Part shown: piece after piece, positions 25,001-35,888 of the stretch
How the letters are laid out: every line of letters begins with the position of its first letter
Numbering within the stretch: the first letter of the stretch is position 1
Assembly: GCA_002269645.1 (NCBI GenBank)
Contig: NIVC01000199.1
Span: 310,001-374,000 of the forward strand
Length of the DNA stretch: 64,000 bases
Source: Macrostomum lignano
Lineage: Eukaryota
Direction of reading: 5' to 3'
Position numbers and translations under genes: made by a program
The notes under the pieces: model-generated
What the model was told of the DNA's origin: nothing
Database searches by the model: none
What the model saw: the letters and a program-made list of their open reading frames with translations, nothing else

Positions 25001-28000
25001 GCAGGCAGCCTCCTTGACCACCGCCTCACCTGACAGGCGGCCCTGCGCGTCTGCCGCTGGTTCGGCATCGCAGTCGGCGAGCTCGGAGGCAACACCGGCG
25101 ACGACGTGGCCTGGCCAACGCCGCCAGATCCCGTGCTGCCGAGCGCCGTCGCGACTTCGGCGTCAATAGAAGCCGAACTGGCTCGCCGGCTAACCGGATA
25201 CGACGAATTCGAATCGTTGATTGGCTATCGATTTCGCAACAGGGCCTACCTGTTGCAGGCGTTCACGCACCCGTCTGACTACCGGAACGACCTCACTGAC
25301 TGCTATCAGCGGCTCGAGTTTTTGGGCGACGCTGTGTTGGACTATGTTGTTACTAGGTAGCTGCTTTGCCTCCCGCTTATTAACTTCTGGTTATTGATCT
25401 GATGCCCCGCTTATTCACTTCCAGTTATTGATCTGTAGCCTCCCGCTTATTCACTTCCAGTTATTGATCTGTAGCCTCCCGCTTATTCACTTCCGGTTAT
25501 TGATCTGTAGCCTCCCGCTTATTCACTTCCGGTTATTGATCTGTAGCCTCCCGCTTATTCACTTCCGGTTATTGATCTGTAGCCTCCCGCTTATTCACTT
25601 CCGGTTATTGATCTGTAGCCTCCCGCTTATTCACTTCCGGTTATTGATCTGTAGCCTCCCGCTTATTAACTTCCAGTTATTGATCTGTAGCCTCCCGCTT
25701 ATTCACTTCCAGTTATTGATCTGTAGCCTCCCGCTTATTCACTTCCGGTTATTGATCTGTAGCCTCACGCTTATTCACTTCCGGTTATTGATTTAGAGCT
25801 ACTCATCCACTTCCGGTCATTGATTTAGAGCTACTCATCCACTTCCGGTCATTGATTTAGAGCTACTCATCTACTTCCGGTCATTGATTTAGAGCTACTC
25901 ATACACTTCCGGTCATTGATTTAGAGCTACTCATCCACTTCCGGTCATTGATTTAGAGCTACTCATCCACTTCTGGTTATTGGCTTCAGGCTACTCATAC
26001 ACTTCCGGTCATTGATTTAGAGCTACTCATCCACTTCCGGTCATTGATTTAGAGCTACTCATCCACTTCTGGTTATTGGCTTCAGGCTACTCATACACTT
26101 CCGGTCATTGATTTAGAGCTACTCATCCACTTCCGGTCATTGATTTAGAGCTACTCATCCACGTCTGGTTATTGACTTCAGGCTACTCATACACTTCCGG
26201 TCATTGATTTAGAGCTACTCATCCACTTCCGGTCATTGATTTAGAGCTACTCATCTACTTCCGGTCATTGATTTAGAGCTACTCATCTACTTCCGGTCAT
26301 TGATTTAGAGCTACTCATCCACTTCCGGTCATTGATTTAGAGCTACTCATCCACTTCTGGTTATTGACTTCAGGCTACTCATACACTTCCGGTCATTGAT
26401 TTAGAGCTACTCATCCACTTCCGGTCATTGATTTAGAGCTACTCATCTACTTCCGGTCATTGATTTAGAGCTACTCATACACTTCCGGTCATTGATTTAA
26501 AGCTACTCATACACTCCCGGTCATTGATTTAAAGCTACTCATCCACTTCCGGTCATTGATCTGAAGCCACAAAAGATTTACAAAGCCACTGCTTCAAGAG
26601 TTGCCAACCCCCCCCCCCTACAAATATTCGCAAACACAGGTACCTGTTTCACGATTCCCGCCGCCATTCGCCCGCCGTACTCACCGATCTCCGATCGGCT
26701 CTGGTCAATAACGACATTTTCGGCGCACTGGCAGTGAAATGGGGCTTTCACAAGTACTTCCGCTGCGTCAGTCCCGCTTTGCACTCGCTCATTGACCAGT
26801 TTGTGCAGTTCCAGAAGGACGACAAAGCTGACAATTTGGATTTCGTCACGTCTGAGGTGCGTTCGAGTTTGATTGCTGTTTTTTTAAATCGAATTGCCCC
26901 CAAATTGTCATGTCTACTCTGGTTCTCGCTGTCTACTGACTCTTCTACCCTGTCTACTTCTCTATGTACCCTCTATCTCACAGTCTACCGACTTTTCTCA
27001 CCATGTCTACTTCTCTGCCTAACCCTTTGTCTTCTGTCTACTTCTTTACCTACCCGTCATCTTCTGTCTACTTCTCTATTTACCCGTCATCTCCTGTCTA
27101 CTTATCTGCCTACCCTTTGTCTCCTGTCTACTTCTTAACCTACCCGTCATCTGTCTACTTCTCTGCCTACCCTTAGTCTCCTGTCTACTTTTCTACCTAC
27201 CCGTTATCTCTTCTGTCTACTTCTCTATCCACAGACTACCATATCTATCTACTGACTCTACCCTATCTACCTCTTAGTCTATTCTGTCCGCATATTCTAC
27301 TCACCCCTCTCTCTGGCGACAAAACCCAGGAAGCGGACTTCGACGACCGGCCCGAAGACGTCGAAATCCCCAAATGCCTCGGCGACATTTTCGAGTCGGT
27401 GGCCGGCGCCGTGTTTCTCGACTCCGGCATGTCTTTGGACACGGTGTGGCGCGTCTTCTATCCGCTTATGAAGGAGAGGATCGGTCAGTGCTGGTCTTTG
27501 TTAACAATAGTGACCCGTTAGACTGCCTTGAGAATCGCCTCTTAGACTGCCTTGAGAATCGCCATTAGTCTGCCTTGAGAATCGCCCCTTAGACAGCCTT
27601 GAAATTCGCCCCTTAGACTGCCCTGAGATTCGCCCCTTAGACTGCCTTGAGAATCGCCCCTTAGACTGCCTTGAGAATCGCCCTTAGACAGCCTTGAGAA
27701 TCGCCCCTTAGACAGCCTTGAGATTCGCCCCTTAGACTGCCTTGAGAATCGCCCCTTAGACTGCCTTGAGAATCGCCCCTTAGACAGCTTCGAGATTCGC
27801 CCCTTAGACTGCCTTGAGAATCACCCCTTAGACAGCTTCGAGATTCGCCCCTTAGACTGCCTTGAGAATCGCCCCTTAGACAGCCTTGAGATTCGCCCCT
27901 TAGACTGCCTTGAGAATCTCCCTTAGACTGCTTTGAGAATCGCCCCTTGACTGCCTTGAGATTCGCCATTAGACTGCCGTGAGATTCGCCCGTAGACTGC

Positions 28001-29236
28001 CTTGAGAATCGCCAATTACACAGCCTTGAGAATCGCCCATTAGACTGCTTGGGAATCGCCAATTACACAGCCTTGAGAATCGCCCATTAGACTGCCTCGA
28101 GATTCGTCCTTAGACAGCCTTGAGATTCGCCCTTAGACTGCCTTGAGAATCGCCCCTTAGACTGCCTTGAGAATCGCCCTTAGACTGCCTTGAGAATCGC
28201 CCCTTAGACTGCCCTGAGATTCGCCCCTTAGACAGCTTCGAGATTCGTCCTTAGACAGCCTTGAGAATCGCCCTTAGACTGCCTTGAGAATCGCCCCTTA
28301 GACTGCCTTGAGAATCGCCCTTAGACTGCCTTGAGAATCGCCCCTTAGACTGCCCTGAGATTCGCCCCTTAGACAGCTTCGAGATTCGCCCCTTAGACTG
28401 CCTTGAGATTCGCCCATTAGACTGCCTCGAGAATCGCCCTTAACTTTAACCTCCCCCTACAAACATTTCAGAGTGCTATACAGCCGAAATACCCAAGTCG
28501 CTGGTTCGAGAACTTTTAGAGACTGAGCCGGACTGCACAAAGTTTGAGTGAGTTTTGTGTAATATTTCGCGCAGACAGTGTACATGCCTGAGGAATGACG
28601 ATTAGAAAGTCAGGGCTGCTGTGCACCCTGTGTGAGCGTGTGTATGAGTGTGTGCCTGCGTACAGTATTGGTGCGCTTGTGTGTGCTCAGGGGTCAGCGA
28701 AATGGGCAGATGTCACAGACATTTTTTAGTTCAACCCACCTTGGTGCAAGACACACTGATCAAGACACACTGATCAAGACACACTGATCAAGACACTCTG
28801 ATCAAGACACACTGATCAAGACACTTTGATCCAGACACTCTGATCCAGACACACTGATCCAGACACTCTGATCAAGACACACTGATCAAGACACACTGAT
28901 CCAGACACTCTGATCAAGACACACTGATCAAGACACACTGATCCAGACACTCTGATCAAGACACACTGATCAAGACACTGATCCAGACACACTGATCAAT
29001 GCACACTGATCAAGACACTGATCAAGACACACTGATCCCACTTCAGACAGCCGACTCGCACAGCCAGCGGCACCATTCGTGTCGTGGTTCATGTCATCGG
29101 CAAGGGCCGCTTTGCCGGAGTCGGCCGCAACTACCGCATTGCCAGGAACAGCGCTGCGAAGGTCGCCCTGCGGTACATCAAGGCCAAGGAGCGGGAAAAG
29201 TCTGCAGCTTCCGCTGATGTCGAGGTTGAGACTTGA
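652..29236 (+). CDS. DICER1: Dicer (RNase III) gene, 14 exons in window, 5' part upstream of window; domains: helicase C-terminal half, DUF283, platform/PAZ, RNase IIIa, RNase IIIb, dsRBD
   Basis: Spliced translation follows the metazoan Dicer domain order with hallmark motifs [19 protein letters not shown]...LDSNL, FDQPQFY, YYLKKY...[77 protein letters not shown]. All 13 internal introns are GT-AG with matching phases. Confidence 0.97.
1125..1655 (+). repeat. Intronic minisatellite, ~21-bp unit GAGTGCAGAGGAGAGGTTAAA
   Basis: Direct tandem repetition. Confidence 0.95.
1745..2365 (+). CDS. DICER1: Dicer exon (Hel2i/Hel2)
   Basis: [22 protein letters not shown] (motif IV), LRKFRQ; CAG|G acceptor at 1744, donor CAG|GTAAAC at 2365/2366. 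Confidence 0.92.
2417..15133 (+). repeat. ~12.7-kb satellite, 19-bp unit TAGCCTAGTGATGGGGTTG (about 670 units), with variants ...GTGGAGGGG..., ...GTGAGGGG...
   Basis: Uninterrupted tandem array inside the 13.2-kb Dicer intron 2366-15599; the unit equals the head of the adjoining SINE. Confidence 0.99.
15134..15433 (+). mobile_element. tRNA-derived CORE-like SINE, copy 1 (full length, AAT-rich tail)
   Basis: A box TAGCCCAGTGG; B box GGCTCGATTCCC (one mismatch); central GTGTCCTTGAG..ACACTT..CAGTTCACCCAGCTGTAAAATGGG resembling the MIR CORE; two more copies in window. Confidence 0.88.
15600..16078 (+). CDS. DICER1: Dicer exon (Hel2 motifs V/VI and start of DUF283)
   Basis: [30 protein letters not shown]...HSKNRAR; [10 protein letters not shown]; TTTCAG acceptor; 479 nt, phase 0 to phase 2. 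Confidence 0.93.
16093..16286 (-). mobile_element. Same SINE, copy 2 (3'-truncated, inverted relative to copy 1)
   Basis: Reverse complement of about 15135-15327; starts ~14 nt downstream of the Dicer 5' splice site at 16079. Confidence 0.88.
16400..17560 (+). repeat. Intronic minisatellite, 23-bp unit TGTGTTTTTACCTGGATGTCCCC
   Basis: Direct tandem repetition. Confidence 0.96.
17785..18313 (+). CDS. DICER1: Dicer exon (DUF283 and linker)
   Basis: [17 protein letters not shown]...[14 protein letters not shown]; donor GAG|GTAAGT. Confidence 0.93.
18345..18905 (+). repeat. Intronic minisatellite, ~48-bp unit GAAAGAAATGAGGTGGTGCTTAGTGAAGAATCAGGAGCGGTGCTTAAT
   Basis: Direct tandem repetition filling almost the whole intron. 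Confidence 0.95.
18934..19365 (+). CDS. DICER1: Dicer exon (platform/PAZ start)
   Basis: [14 protein letters not shown]...[16 protein letters not shown]; TTCCACAG acceptor, CAG|GTATGA donor. Confidence 0.93.
19410..20090 (+). repeat. Intronic degenerate minisatellite, ~32-bp unit AAGAATCCGCCCCCTCCCTAAAATCCGCCCTA
   Basis: Recurrent AATCCGCCC motif. Confidence 0.9.
20244..20404 (+). CDS. DICER1: Dicer exon (PAZ)
   Basis: [47 protein letters not shown] (translated by hand; below ORF-track cutoff). Confidence 0.93.
20600..21090 (+). repeat. Purine-rich intronic tandem repeats (GAGGGAGACAG-containing units)
   Basis: Two adjacent AG-rich arrays. Confidence 0.88.
21142..21781 (+). CDS. DICER1: Dicer exon (PAZ end, connector helix, RNase IIIa start)
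   Basis: KQLFIPELC...[17 protein letters not shown]...[10 protein letters not shown]...LERLET; donor ACG|GTGGGT. Confidence 0.93.
21800..22430 (+). repeat. Purine-rich intronic tandem repeat (GAGAGGGAAGAGAGGCAGG-type)
   Basis: AG-rich tandem units; source of the spurious C-terminus of ORF 21209..22432. Confidence 0.9.
22802..23198 (+). CDS. DICER1: Dicer exon (RNase IIIa)
   Basis: [16 protein letters not shown]...[15 protein letters not shown]...ENWLPPG; donor G|GTGAGT. Confidence 0.93.
23185..23585 (+). repeat. Six ~63-68-bp tandem units spanning the Dicer exon/intron boundary, each carrying GTGAGT and G(G/A)TTCGAATC
   Basis: Unit CAGAGGGGGTGGTGAGTA(A)CTCGGATTTT.G.AGGTCCTG.GTTCGAATCTGCG; the first unit overlaps the exon end. 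Confidence 0.93.
23795..23997 (+). CDS. DICER1: Dicer exon (RNase IIIa, second half)
   Basis: [21 protein letters not shown]. Confidence 0.93.
24040..25015 (+). repeat. Intronic minisatellite, ~21-23-bp unit GTAGATACAGTAGGCAGACAG
   Basis: Direct tandem repetition. Confidence 0.95.
25037..25356 (+). CDS. DICER1: Dicer exon (RNase IIIb start)
   Basis: [19 protein letters not shown]...[18 protein letters not shown]. Confidence 0.95.
25370..26565 (+). repeat. Two related intronic minisatellites (36-bp ...CTTCCGGTTATTGATCTGTAGCCTCCCGCTTATTCA, then ~32-bp ...CTTCCGGTCATTGATTTAGAGCTACTCATCCA)
   Basis: Tandem repetition; unit switches near 25790, with shared CACTTCCGGT.ATTGAT core. Confidence 0.95.
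26640..26856 (+). CDS. DICER1: Dicer exon (RNase IIIb)
   Basis: [32 protein letters not shown]. Confidence 0.95.
26930..27290 (+). repeat. Degenerate pyrimidine-rich intronic repeat (CTGTCTACTT core)
   Basis: Recurrent TCTGTCTACTTCT motif. Confidence 0.8.
27330..27483 (+). CDS. DICER1: Dicer exon (RNase IIIb end)
   Basis: [39 protein letters not shown]. Confidence 0.95.
27510..28440 (+). repeat. Intronic minisatellite, ~24-bp unit GCCTTGAGAATCGCCCCTTAGACT
   Basis: Direct tandem repetition. Confidence 0.95.
28472..28547 (+). CDS. DICER1: Dicer exon (dsRBD start)
   Basis: [19 protein letters not shown], compare Dicer VPRSPVRELLEMEPETAKF. Confidence 0.92.
28745..29035 (+). repeat. Intronic minisatellite, ~14-16-bp unit TGATCAAGACACAC
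   Basis: Direct tandem repetition. Confidence 0.93.
29047..29236 (+). CDS. DICER1: Dicer terminal exon (dsRBD) with TGA stop
   Basis: [35 protein letters not shown], stop at 29234-29236. Confidence 0.93.
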
Positions 29237-30056
29237 ATTGGTTGTTAATTTTAATCTGATTGAGTTTTAATTGGATTGCAATCTAAGTGAGTTTTAATTG
29301 CATTGCAATCTGAGTGCCTGAAGTCTACGAACTTCGACTAATGCTAGCGTCTACTTTTTGCACTTTTATCTGCATATAATTCCATTTTTGTATGTAATTC
29401 TTCCACGAAAAAAAGCGTTGCATTGCCGCAAAATCTGTCAATTATTGTAAAACTGCAGAACACTAAAATTGCGCGTGTTTAAAAAGTGAATAATGACAAA
29501 AAACATTGACTATTGACCTTGCATCATCATCATTTATTCCATAATTTCGGTCTGTACTCAAAGAAGAAAGCATTTTCATGTCTAATCGTCACTGAAGTCT
29601 GTCTTCATATTGTTGCAATTTTTATTAGTTTTTATTTGTACATAACTAACTATTATATATATATATGATTTCTGTTCCTGGGTCTCAGCCAAAGCATGAG
29701 GCTGTTGGAATTAATCGTGTCGTGTTTTTTATCTCAGTTTTTCAGCTTTTCTCAACTTGACCGCCGCGCATTGTTTGAGTTTCAACTGGAATTATTTTAT
29801 TCATTACTCCAGTTGGTCGAGCGCAGAGTGAATAATGAAGAGGGGGGGGGGCAACTCTTGCCATTCATTCGAGACTACAAAGCGAACTGTAGGAAACCCT
29901 CCAATTCAAGTTGAGCCAGCCCTTGCTCATACAGAAAAAAATTCCACAATTATACAAAAAGGGTCCAACCTGTGTTTCTTTCTACCTTGCTAAGAAACTC
30001 AGTAGAGCTACGAAGCAGGTGGCTAGCTACTCAAGCACACACACAGCCGACACGCA

Positions 30057-31136
30057 ATGCTATCTTGTTGCTGCTGCTGCCGCGGCCGTTCCGGGCAAAA
30101 AGGCAAAGTGCTGCTGCAGGATCCCAACGCTGAAAATGGCAGCCAACAAGCGACTGCCGATGGCAAGTATCGCCGAAAGAAACTCGACCACGAATTCTCG
30201 GCGGAGCCACCGGCTGTCGTGGCGACGGAGGCCGCTGCTCCGATGCTTGACAGCACCGATCATGGTCGAGACAGGCAGCCGAGCTCCGGTAGCAACGCCG
30301 CTGTCGTAGTCGACAGTCCGAGTGACGCCGAGATTCGTCCGACTTCGGTTGTGACGCTGCGCAACGAGCCGCAGCACAAGAAAGCCGCTTGCCCAGCGCT
30401 GCCTACGCAACAGCCTCAGCAACAGCAGAAGCACAAAGAGGTCACTCCCCAAACTAGTTGGGTGAAGGTTCGAGAACCGCACGAGCACCAGCACGGCTAT
30501 TCGGTGTTTCAAAGCGACGATAACGAGCTGACCATTGTCGATAGCGACTACTCTGACTACGAGTCTGAGCATGAGGACACGCTCACCGAGCTGGCTGCTC
30601 ACGGCGGCGGCGCCTCCGAGTTTGGCAAGCGGAGCACCGCCACTCTGAGCTTCGTGATGCCTCGCGTACGTCGCGGAGCGGCCAACAGCAACGGTACAAC
30701 CGACGAGGACGACGAGATCAGTGTCCGAAAAAGAGCGGAGCGCCTGTCCAACTTTCTTCTGGCTAGCGAGGCGGCCGCTGAAAGCGACGACTTCGGCTGG
30801 GAGACTCTGCCGAATTCGGCATTCGAGCAGCCGCCTGAGCAGTTTATAGACGACGAAGAGGAAGTGATAGTTGTCGCGGCTAAGCCCGATGCTCCTGCTG
30901 CCGCCGGTAACTCTGCGTCCGCAGCGGCTACGCACGGCGGCCTGACGGCGGAAGAAGACTCCTCAGCCAGGGAGAGCCTGCTGGCGCTGGACCAGGCTTT
31001 GGCGGTGCTTGAGCTGGCCAGCGGGGAGGCTGACTACGCCGGTGCGGCCGCCACCGCTGCCTCGGCTGCTGCACCTGTTGACGATGACGAGGTGGTCATT
31101 GTTCCGGCTGCCCCCCGGATGAGCAAGCTGATTTGA
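30057..31136 (+). CDS. Uncharacterised 359-aa acidic, low-complexity protein with N-terminal Cys5 cluster
   Basis: 1080-nt non-repetitive GC-rich ORF with ATG, flanked by AT-rich DNA; no family recognised. Confidence 0.7.
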   Translation: MLSCCCCCRGRSGQKGKVLLQDPNAENGSQQATADGKYRRKKLDHEFSAEPPAVVATEAAAPMLDSTDHGRDRQPSSGSNAAVVVDSPSDAEIRPTSVVTLRNEPQHKKAACPALPTQQPQQQQKHKEVTPQTSWVKVREPHEHQHGYSVFQSDDNELTIVDSDYSDYESEHEDTLTELAAHGGGASEFGKRSTATLSFVMPRVRRGAANSNGTTDEDDEISVRKRAERLSNFLLASEAAAESDDFGWETLPNSAFEQPPEQFIDDEEEVIVVAAKPDAPAAAGNSASAAATHGGLTAEEDSSARESLLALDQALAVLELASGEADYAGAAATAASAAAPVDDDEVVIVPAAPRMSKLI

Positions 31137-32228
31137 GCTGCTGTTGGTACTTTCCTAGCGACTACCGAAGCTGCATGCAAACTATAAGGGGTCAAGGGAC
31201 TCATGGTCCTCCTTATCGAGTCTTGTCGACACCGCCATTAAGTGAAGCCAAATTCTTGCGTGATCATCCGGGTTGTACATTTTTACTCGTTCTTTGGGTG
31301 AATCAGTCGTTTCGGTTGGTTTGATTGCTCATTCGATGGCGATGATGTGATCGTTAGTAATTTTAATACACTGAGATTTAAGTAAAAGTTCTGGGGTTTG
31401 TCCGTGTTATCCTCACACAGTGAGTGTAAATTCCCGAGGACGCCTATAGCTACAGTGCATTTAGTGTGCACTTGAATAAGCTTAAAATTTACTGAAATAT
31501 GATTTCCAAGCGTCATTTTAACGATACTCAGTAAAACAAAACAAATGACAAGATATGGGTTTATAAATGGCATTTCTGGAGACTATAGAGATAGGCGATA
31601 AGAACGATATTATCCTACTTATATGCGACATTAGGCCTCTATCTCCATTTTCTAAGAAAGCCTAGTGCAGTAGAGTCATTCTACTTCCGGTTGTCCATGG
31701 CCTTACGTCAGCGGAGTGGGGCTTGATGACCTTTCTTCCTCCTTTGATGCGGTTCCATTGTTGCAGTATATTTACCGGAGTTATCATACTTGGTATTGAA
31801 TTGGAGTCATCTCAAGAGGATGATTTATTAAATAATAAGCTAGTCTAAAGTCTGCTCTCTGTGTGGGTAATTTTTTAAAAGTAGTATTCAGCTCAGTTTC
31901 AATGTAAGCCCTATTAAAACATTTTACAATTGGTAGCGTACATTGCGCAATCAACCGTCTCGCATTGCTGCTTATATATTTGTTTGACCAGGAGGGTTAC
32001 AATAATTATCAAGCGTAGTAATTTTGTTACCTAAATACGACAATCCTATAACTAATAAACTCGTCTATATTGAAATTATCACACTAATAAATAAACCTAA
32101 TTTATTTTTACTTCCTAATCTTAGAAATTCAGAATCGGGGAACAGGTAATTGTCGTCAGAAGTTAAATCAAGGCTAAATCATTGTAAACATGTTCTTTGA
32201 AGTTGAGTCACGGACAATTCTGGACAAC

Positions 32229-32572
32229 CTAGATGAGCTTCCTGATCATGTACTGCAGTATGCCGCCGTGGCGATAGTACTCCAGTTCCACTTCCGTGTC
32301 GAACCGGCATTTCCCTTGGAACTCCAGCCCGGAGTCGGTGCTCACCTTCAGCAGGCAGCCGGGCTTCAGGCTGTCCCCGGCTAGCCCGGACACGCTGATC
32401 AGCTCGCGTCCGGTGAGTCCCAGCGACTCGGCCGACTGGCCGGGCAGAAACTGCAGCGGCAGGATGCCCATGCCGGCCAAGTTGGAGCGGTGGATCCGCT
32501 CGTAGCTCTGGGCCAGCACGGCCCGGACTCCCAGCATCCAGGGGCCCTTGGCGGCCCAGTCTCTGGATGAGC
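32229..32572 (-). CDS. ACO1: ACO1 terminal exon
   Basis: [10 protein letters not shown]...[13 protein letters not shown]...[24 protein letters not shown]. Confidence 0.95.
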
Positions 32573-32689
32573 CTGCGATCAATTCACATAAATTTGATGA
32601 TTAAAATGTCCGCGCGACTGCGGCTTTGGCTTCTTGGCACTGAGGCGCCATGTCTCCTCGACTCAACTCTTTCTATTGATTCTCTTGCT

Positions 32690-33790
32690 ACCACTGCTTC
32701 CCTGCCTTTCCTGACTTCTCTCTGCTTCTCTCTGCCTCTCCCGACTTCTCTTTGCCTCTGCCTGCTTCTCTCTGCCTCTCCCTGCTTCTCTCTGCCTCTC
32801 CAGACTTCTCTCTGCCTCTCCCTGCTTCTATCTGCCTCTCCCTGCTTCTCTCTGCCTCTGCCTGCTTCTCTCTGCCTCTCCCTGCTTCTCTCTGCCTCTC
32901 CAGACTTCTCTCTGCCTCTCCCTGCTTCTATCTGCCTCTCCCTGCTTCTCTCTGCCTCTGCCTGCTTCTCTCTGCCTCTCCCTGCTTCTCTCTGCCTCTC
33001 CCTGCTTCTCTCTGCCTCTCCAGACTTCTCTCTGCCTCTCCCTGCTTCTATCTGCCTCTCCCTGCTTCTCTCTGCCTCTCCCTGCTTCTATCTGCCTCTC
33101 CCTGCTTCTCTCTGCCTCTCCCTGCTTCTATCTGCCTCTCCCTGCTTCTCTCTGCCTCTGCCTGCTTCTCTCTGCCTCTCCCTGCTTCTCTCTGCCTCTC
33201 CAGACTTCTCTCTGCCTCTCCCTGCCTCTCCCTGCTTCTCTCTGCCTCTCCCTGCTTCTATCTGCCTCTCCCTGCTTCTCTCTGCCTCTCCCTGCTTCTC
33301 TCTGCCTCTGCCTGCTTCTCTCTGTCTCTGCCTACTTCTCTCTGTCTCTGCCTACTTCTCTCTGTCTCTGCCTACTTCTCTCTGCCTCTGCCTGCTTCTC
33401 TCTGTCTCTGCCTACTTCTCTCTGTCTCTGCCTACTTCTCTCTGTCTCTGCCTACTTCTCTCTGTCTCTGCCTACTTCTCTCTGCCTCTGCCTGCTTCTC
33501 TCTGTCTCTGCCTACTTCTCTCTGCCTCTGCCTGCTTCTCTCTGTCTCTGCCTACTTCTCTCTGTCTCTGCCTACTTCTCTCTGCCTCTGCCTGCTTCTC
33601 TCTGTCTCTGCCTACTTCTCTCTGTCTCTGCCTACTTCTCTCTGTCTCTGCCTACTTCTCTCTGTCTCTGCCTACTTCTCTCTGCCTCTGCCTGCTTCTC
33701 TCTGTCTCTGCCTACTTCTCTCTGTCTCTGCCTACTTCTCTCTGTCTCTGCCTGCTTCTCCCTGCCTCTGCCTGCTTGTCTGCTTCTCCC
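32690..33790 (+). repeat. Pyrimidine-rich intronic minisatellite, ~20-bp unit CTGCTTCTCTCTGCCTCTCC
   Basis: Direct tandem repetition in the last ACO1 intron. Confidence 0.95.
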
Positions 33791-33873
33791 TGCGTCTTTT
33801 CTTAATTAATATGTAAGCCCTTTTCTGGCAGCTAAAAGCAGACCCTACTCTACTCCAACGGTCGCTGACTCAC

Positions 33874-34188
33874 CCGATCCGTACTCCTTCCCGGCAAGAA
33901 TCACCACAGGCGTCCCAGCCTGTCGATATCGTTCAGCCGCATCGAAGATGCTCATCTCTTCGCCGCCAGGCAGGTGCAGAGTTCTCGGGCCCGGGTTGGC
34001 CACCAGTCGGTTAACCAGGCGAATATTGGCGAAGGTGCCGCGGGCCATGATTTGATCGTTGCCGCGGCGAGAGCCGTAGGAGTTGAACTGGGCAGGCTGA
34101 ATGCCGCGGCTGGTGAGGTACTGAGCCGCCGGGCTGTTTCTGGCGATGTTGCCAGCCGGGCTGATGTGATCCGTGGTCACCGAGTCGC
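33874..34188 (-). CDS. ACO1: ACO1 penultimate exon
   Basis: [22 protein letters not shown]...[21 protein letters not shown]...LAGKEYGSG. Confidence 0.95.
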
Positions 34189-34261
34189 CTGCATGGGGGT
34201 GATTGACAGTTGCTTAATACTAAATATACATGTACCTGTAGCAGGGGAGTGTGGGGCCATT

Positions 34262-35655
34262 GACTAACTGACTAACTGACTAACTGACTGACTGACTGAC
34301 TGACTGACTGACTGACTGACTGACTGACTGACTGACTGACTGACTGACTGACTGACTGACTGACTGACTGACTGACTGACTGACTGACTGACTGACTGAC
34401 TGACTGACTGACTGACTGACTGACTGACTGACTGACTGACTGACTGACTGACTGACTGACTGACTGACTGACTGACTGACTGACTGACTGACTGACTGAC
34501 TGACTGACTGACTGACTGACTGACTGACTGACTGACTGACTGACTGACTGACTGACTGACTGACTGACTGACTGACTGACTGACTGACTGACTGACTGAC
34601 TGACTGACTGACTGACTGACTGACTGACTGACTGACTGACTGACTGACTGACTGACTGACTGACTGACTGACTGACTGACTGACTGACTGACTGACTGAC
34701 TGACTGACTGACTGACTGACTGACTGACTGACTGACTGACTGACTGACTGACTGACTGACTGACTGACTGACTGACTGACTGACTGACTGACTGACTGAC
34801 TGACTGACTGACTGACTGACTGACTGACTGACTGACTGACTGACTGACTGACTGACTGACTGACTGACTGACTGACTGACTGACTGACTGACTGACTGAC
34901 TGACTGACTGACTGACTGACTGACTGACTGACTGACTGACTGACTGACTGACTGACTGACTGACTGACTGACTGACTGACTGACTGACTGACTGACTGAC
35001 TGACTGACTGACTGACTGACTGACTGACTGACTGACTGACTGACTGACTGACTGACTGACTGACTGACTGACTGACTGACTGACTGACTGACTGACTGAC
35101 TGACTGACTGACTGACTGACTGACTGACTGACTGACTGACTGACTGACTGACTGACTGACTGACTGACTGACTGACTGACTGACTGACTGACTGACTGAC
35201 TGACTGACTGACTGACTGACTGACTGACTGACTGACTGACTGACTGACTGACTGACTGACTGACTGACTGACTGACTGACTGACTGACTGACTGACTGAC
35301 TGACTGACTGACTGACTGACTGACTGACTGACTGACTGACTGACTGACTGACTGACTGACTGACTGACTGACTGACTGACTGACTGACTGACTGACTGAC
35401 TGACTGACTGACTGACTGACTGACTGACTGACTGACTGACTGACTGACTGACTGACTGACTGACTGACTGACTGACTGACTGACTGACTGACTGACTGAC
35501 TGACTGACTGACTGACTGACTGACTGACTGACTGACTGACTGACTGACTGACTGACTGACTGACTGACTGACTGACTGACTGACTGACTGACTGACTGAC
35601 TGACTGACTGACTGACTGACTGACTGACTGACTGACTGACTGACTGACTGACTGG
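34262..35655 (+). repeat. (GACT)n microsatellite, ~1.4 kb, essentially perfect
   Basis: Direct; a few GACTAACT variants at the edges. Confidence 0.99.
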
Positions 35656-35888
35656 CAAACTAACTAACTTCGTGTTTTCGTAGTTTTGTTTGTTATGTGT
35701 AATAAAAAAGGACGAAAAGGCTCAAGTCGAATATTTTCTGCTATTTATAAATTTAATATTGCCGCCATTATGCCTTATTACACATGCCTTCAAGCAAACT
35801 AATGTAATTGATTTTGCCTAGGAAATTAATAAATATTGATACGAGACCACTCGAATCATTGCAGACGCGCACTGTCAACAGAGTGTCA

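Noticed and set aside
34264-35658. 464-aa (SQSV)n ORF
   Set aside because: Reading frame of the (GACT)n microsatellite.
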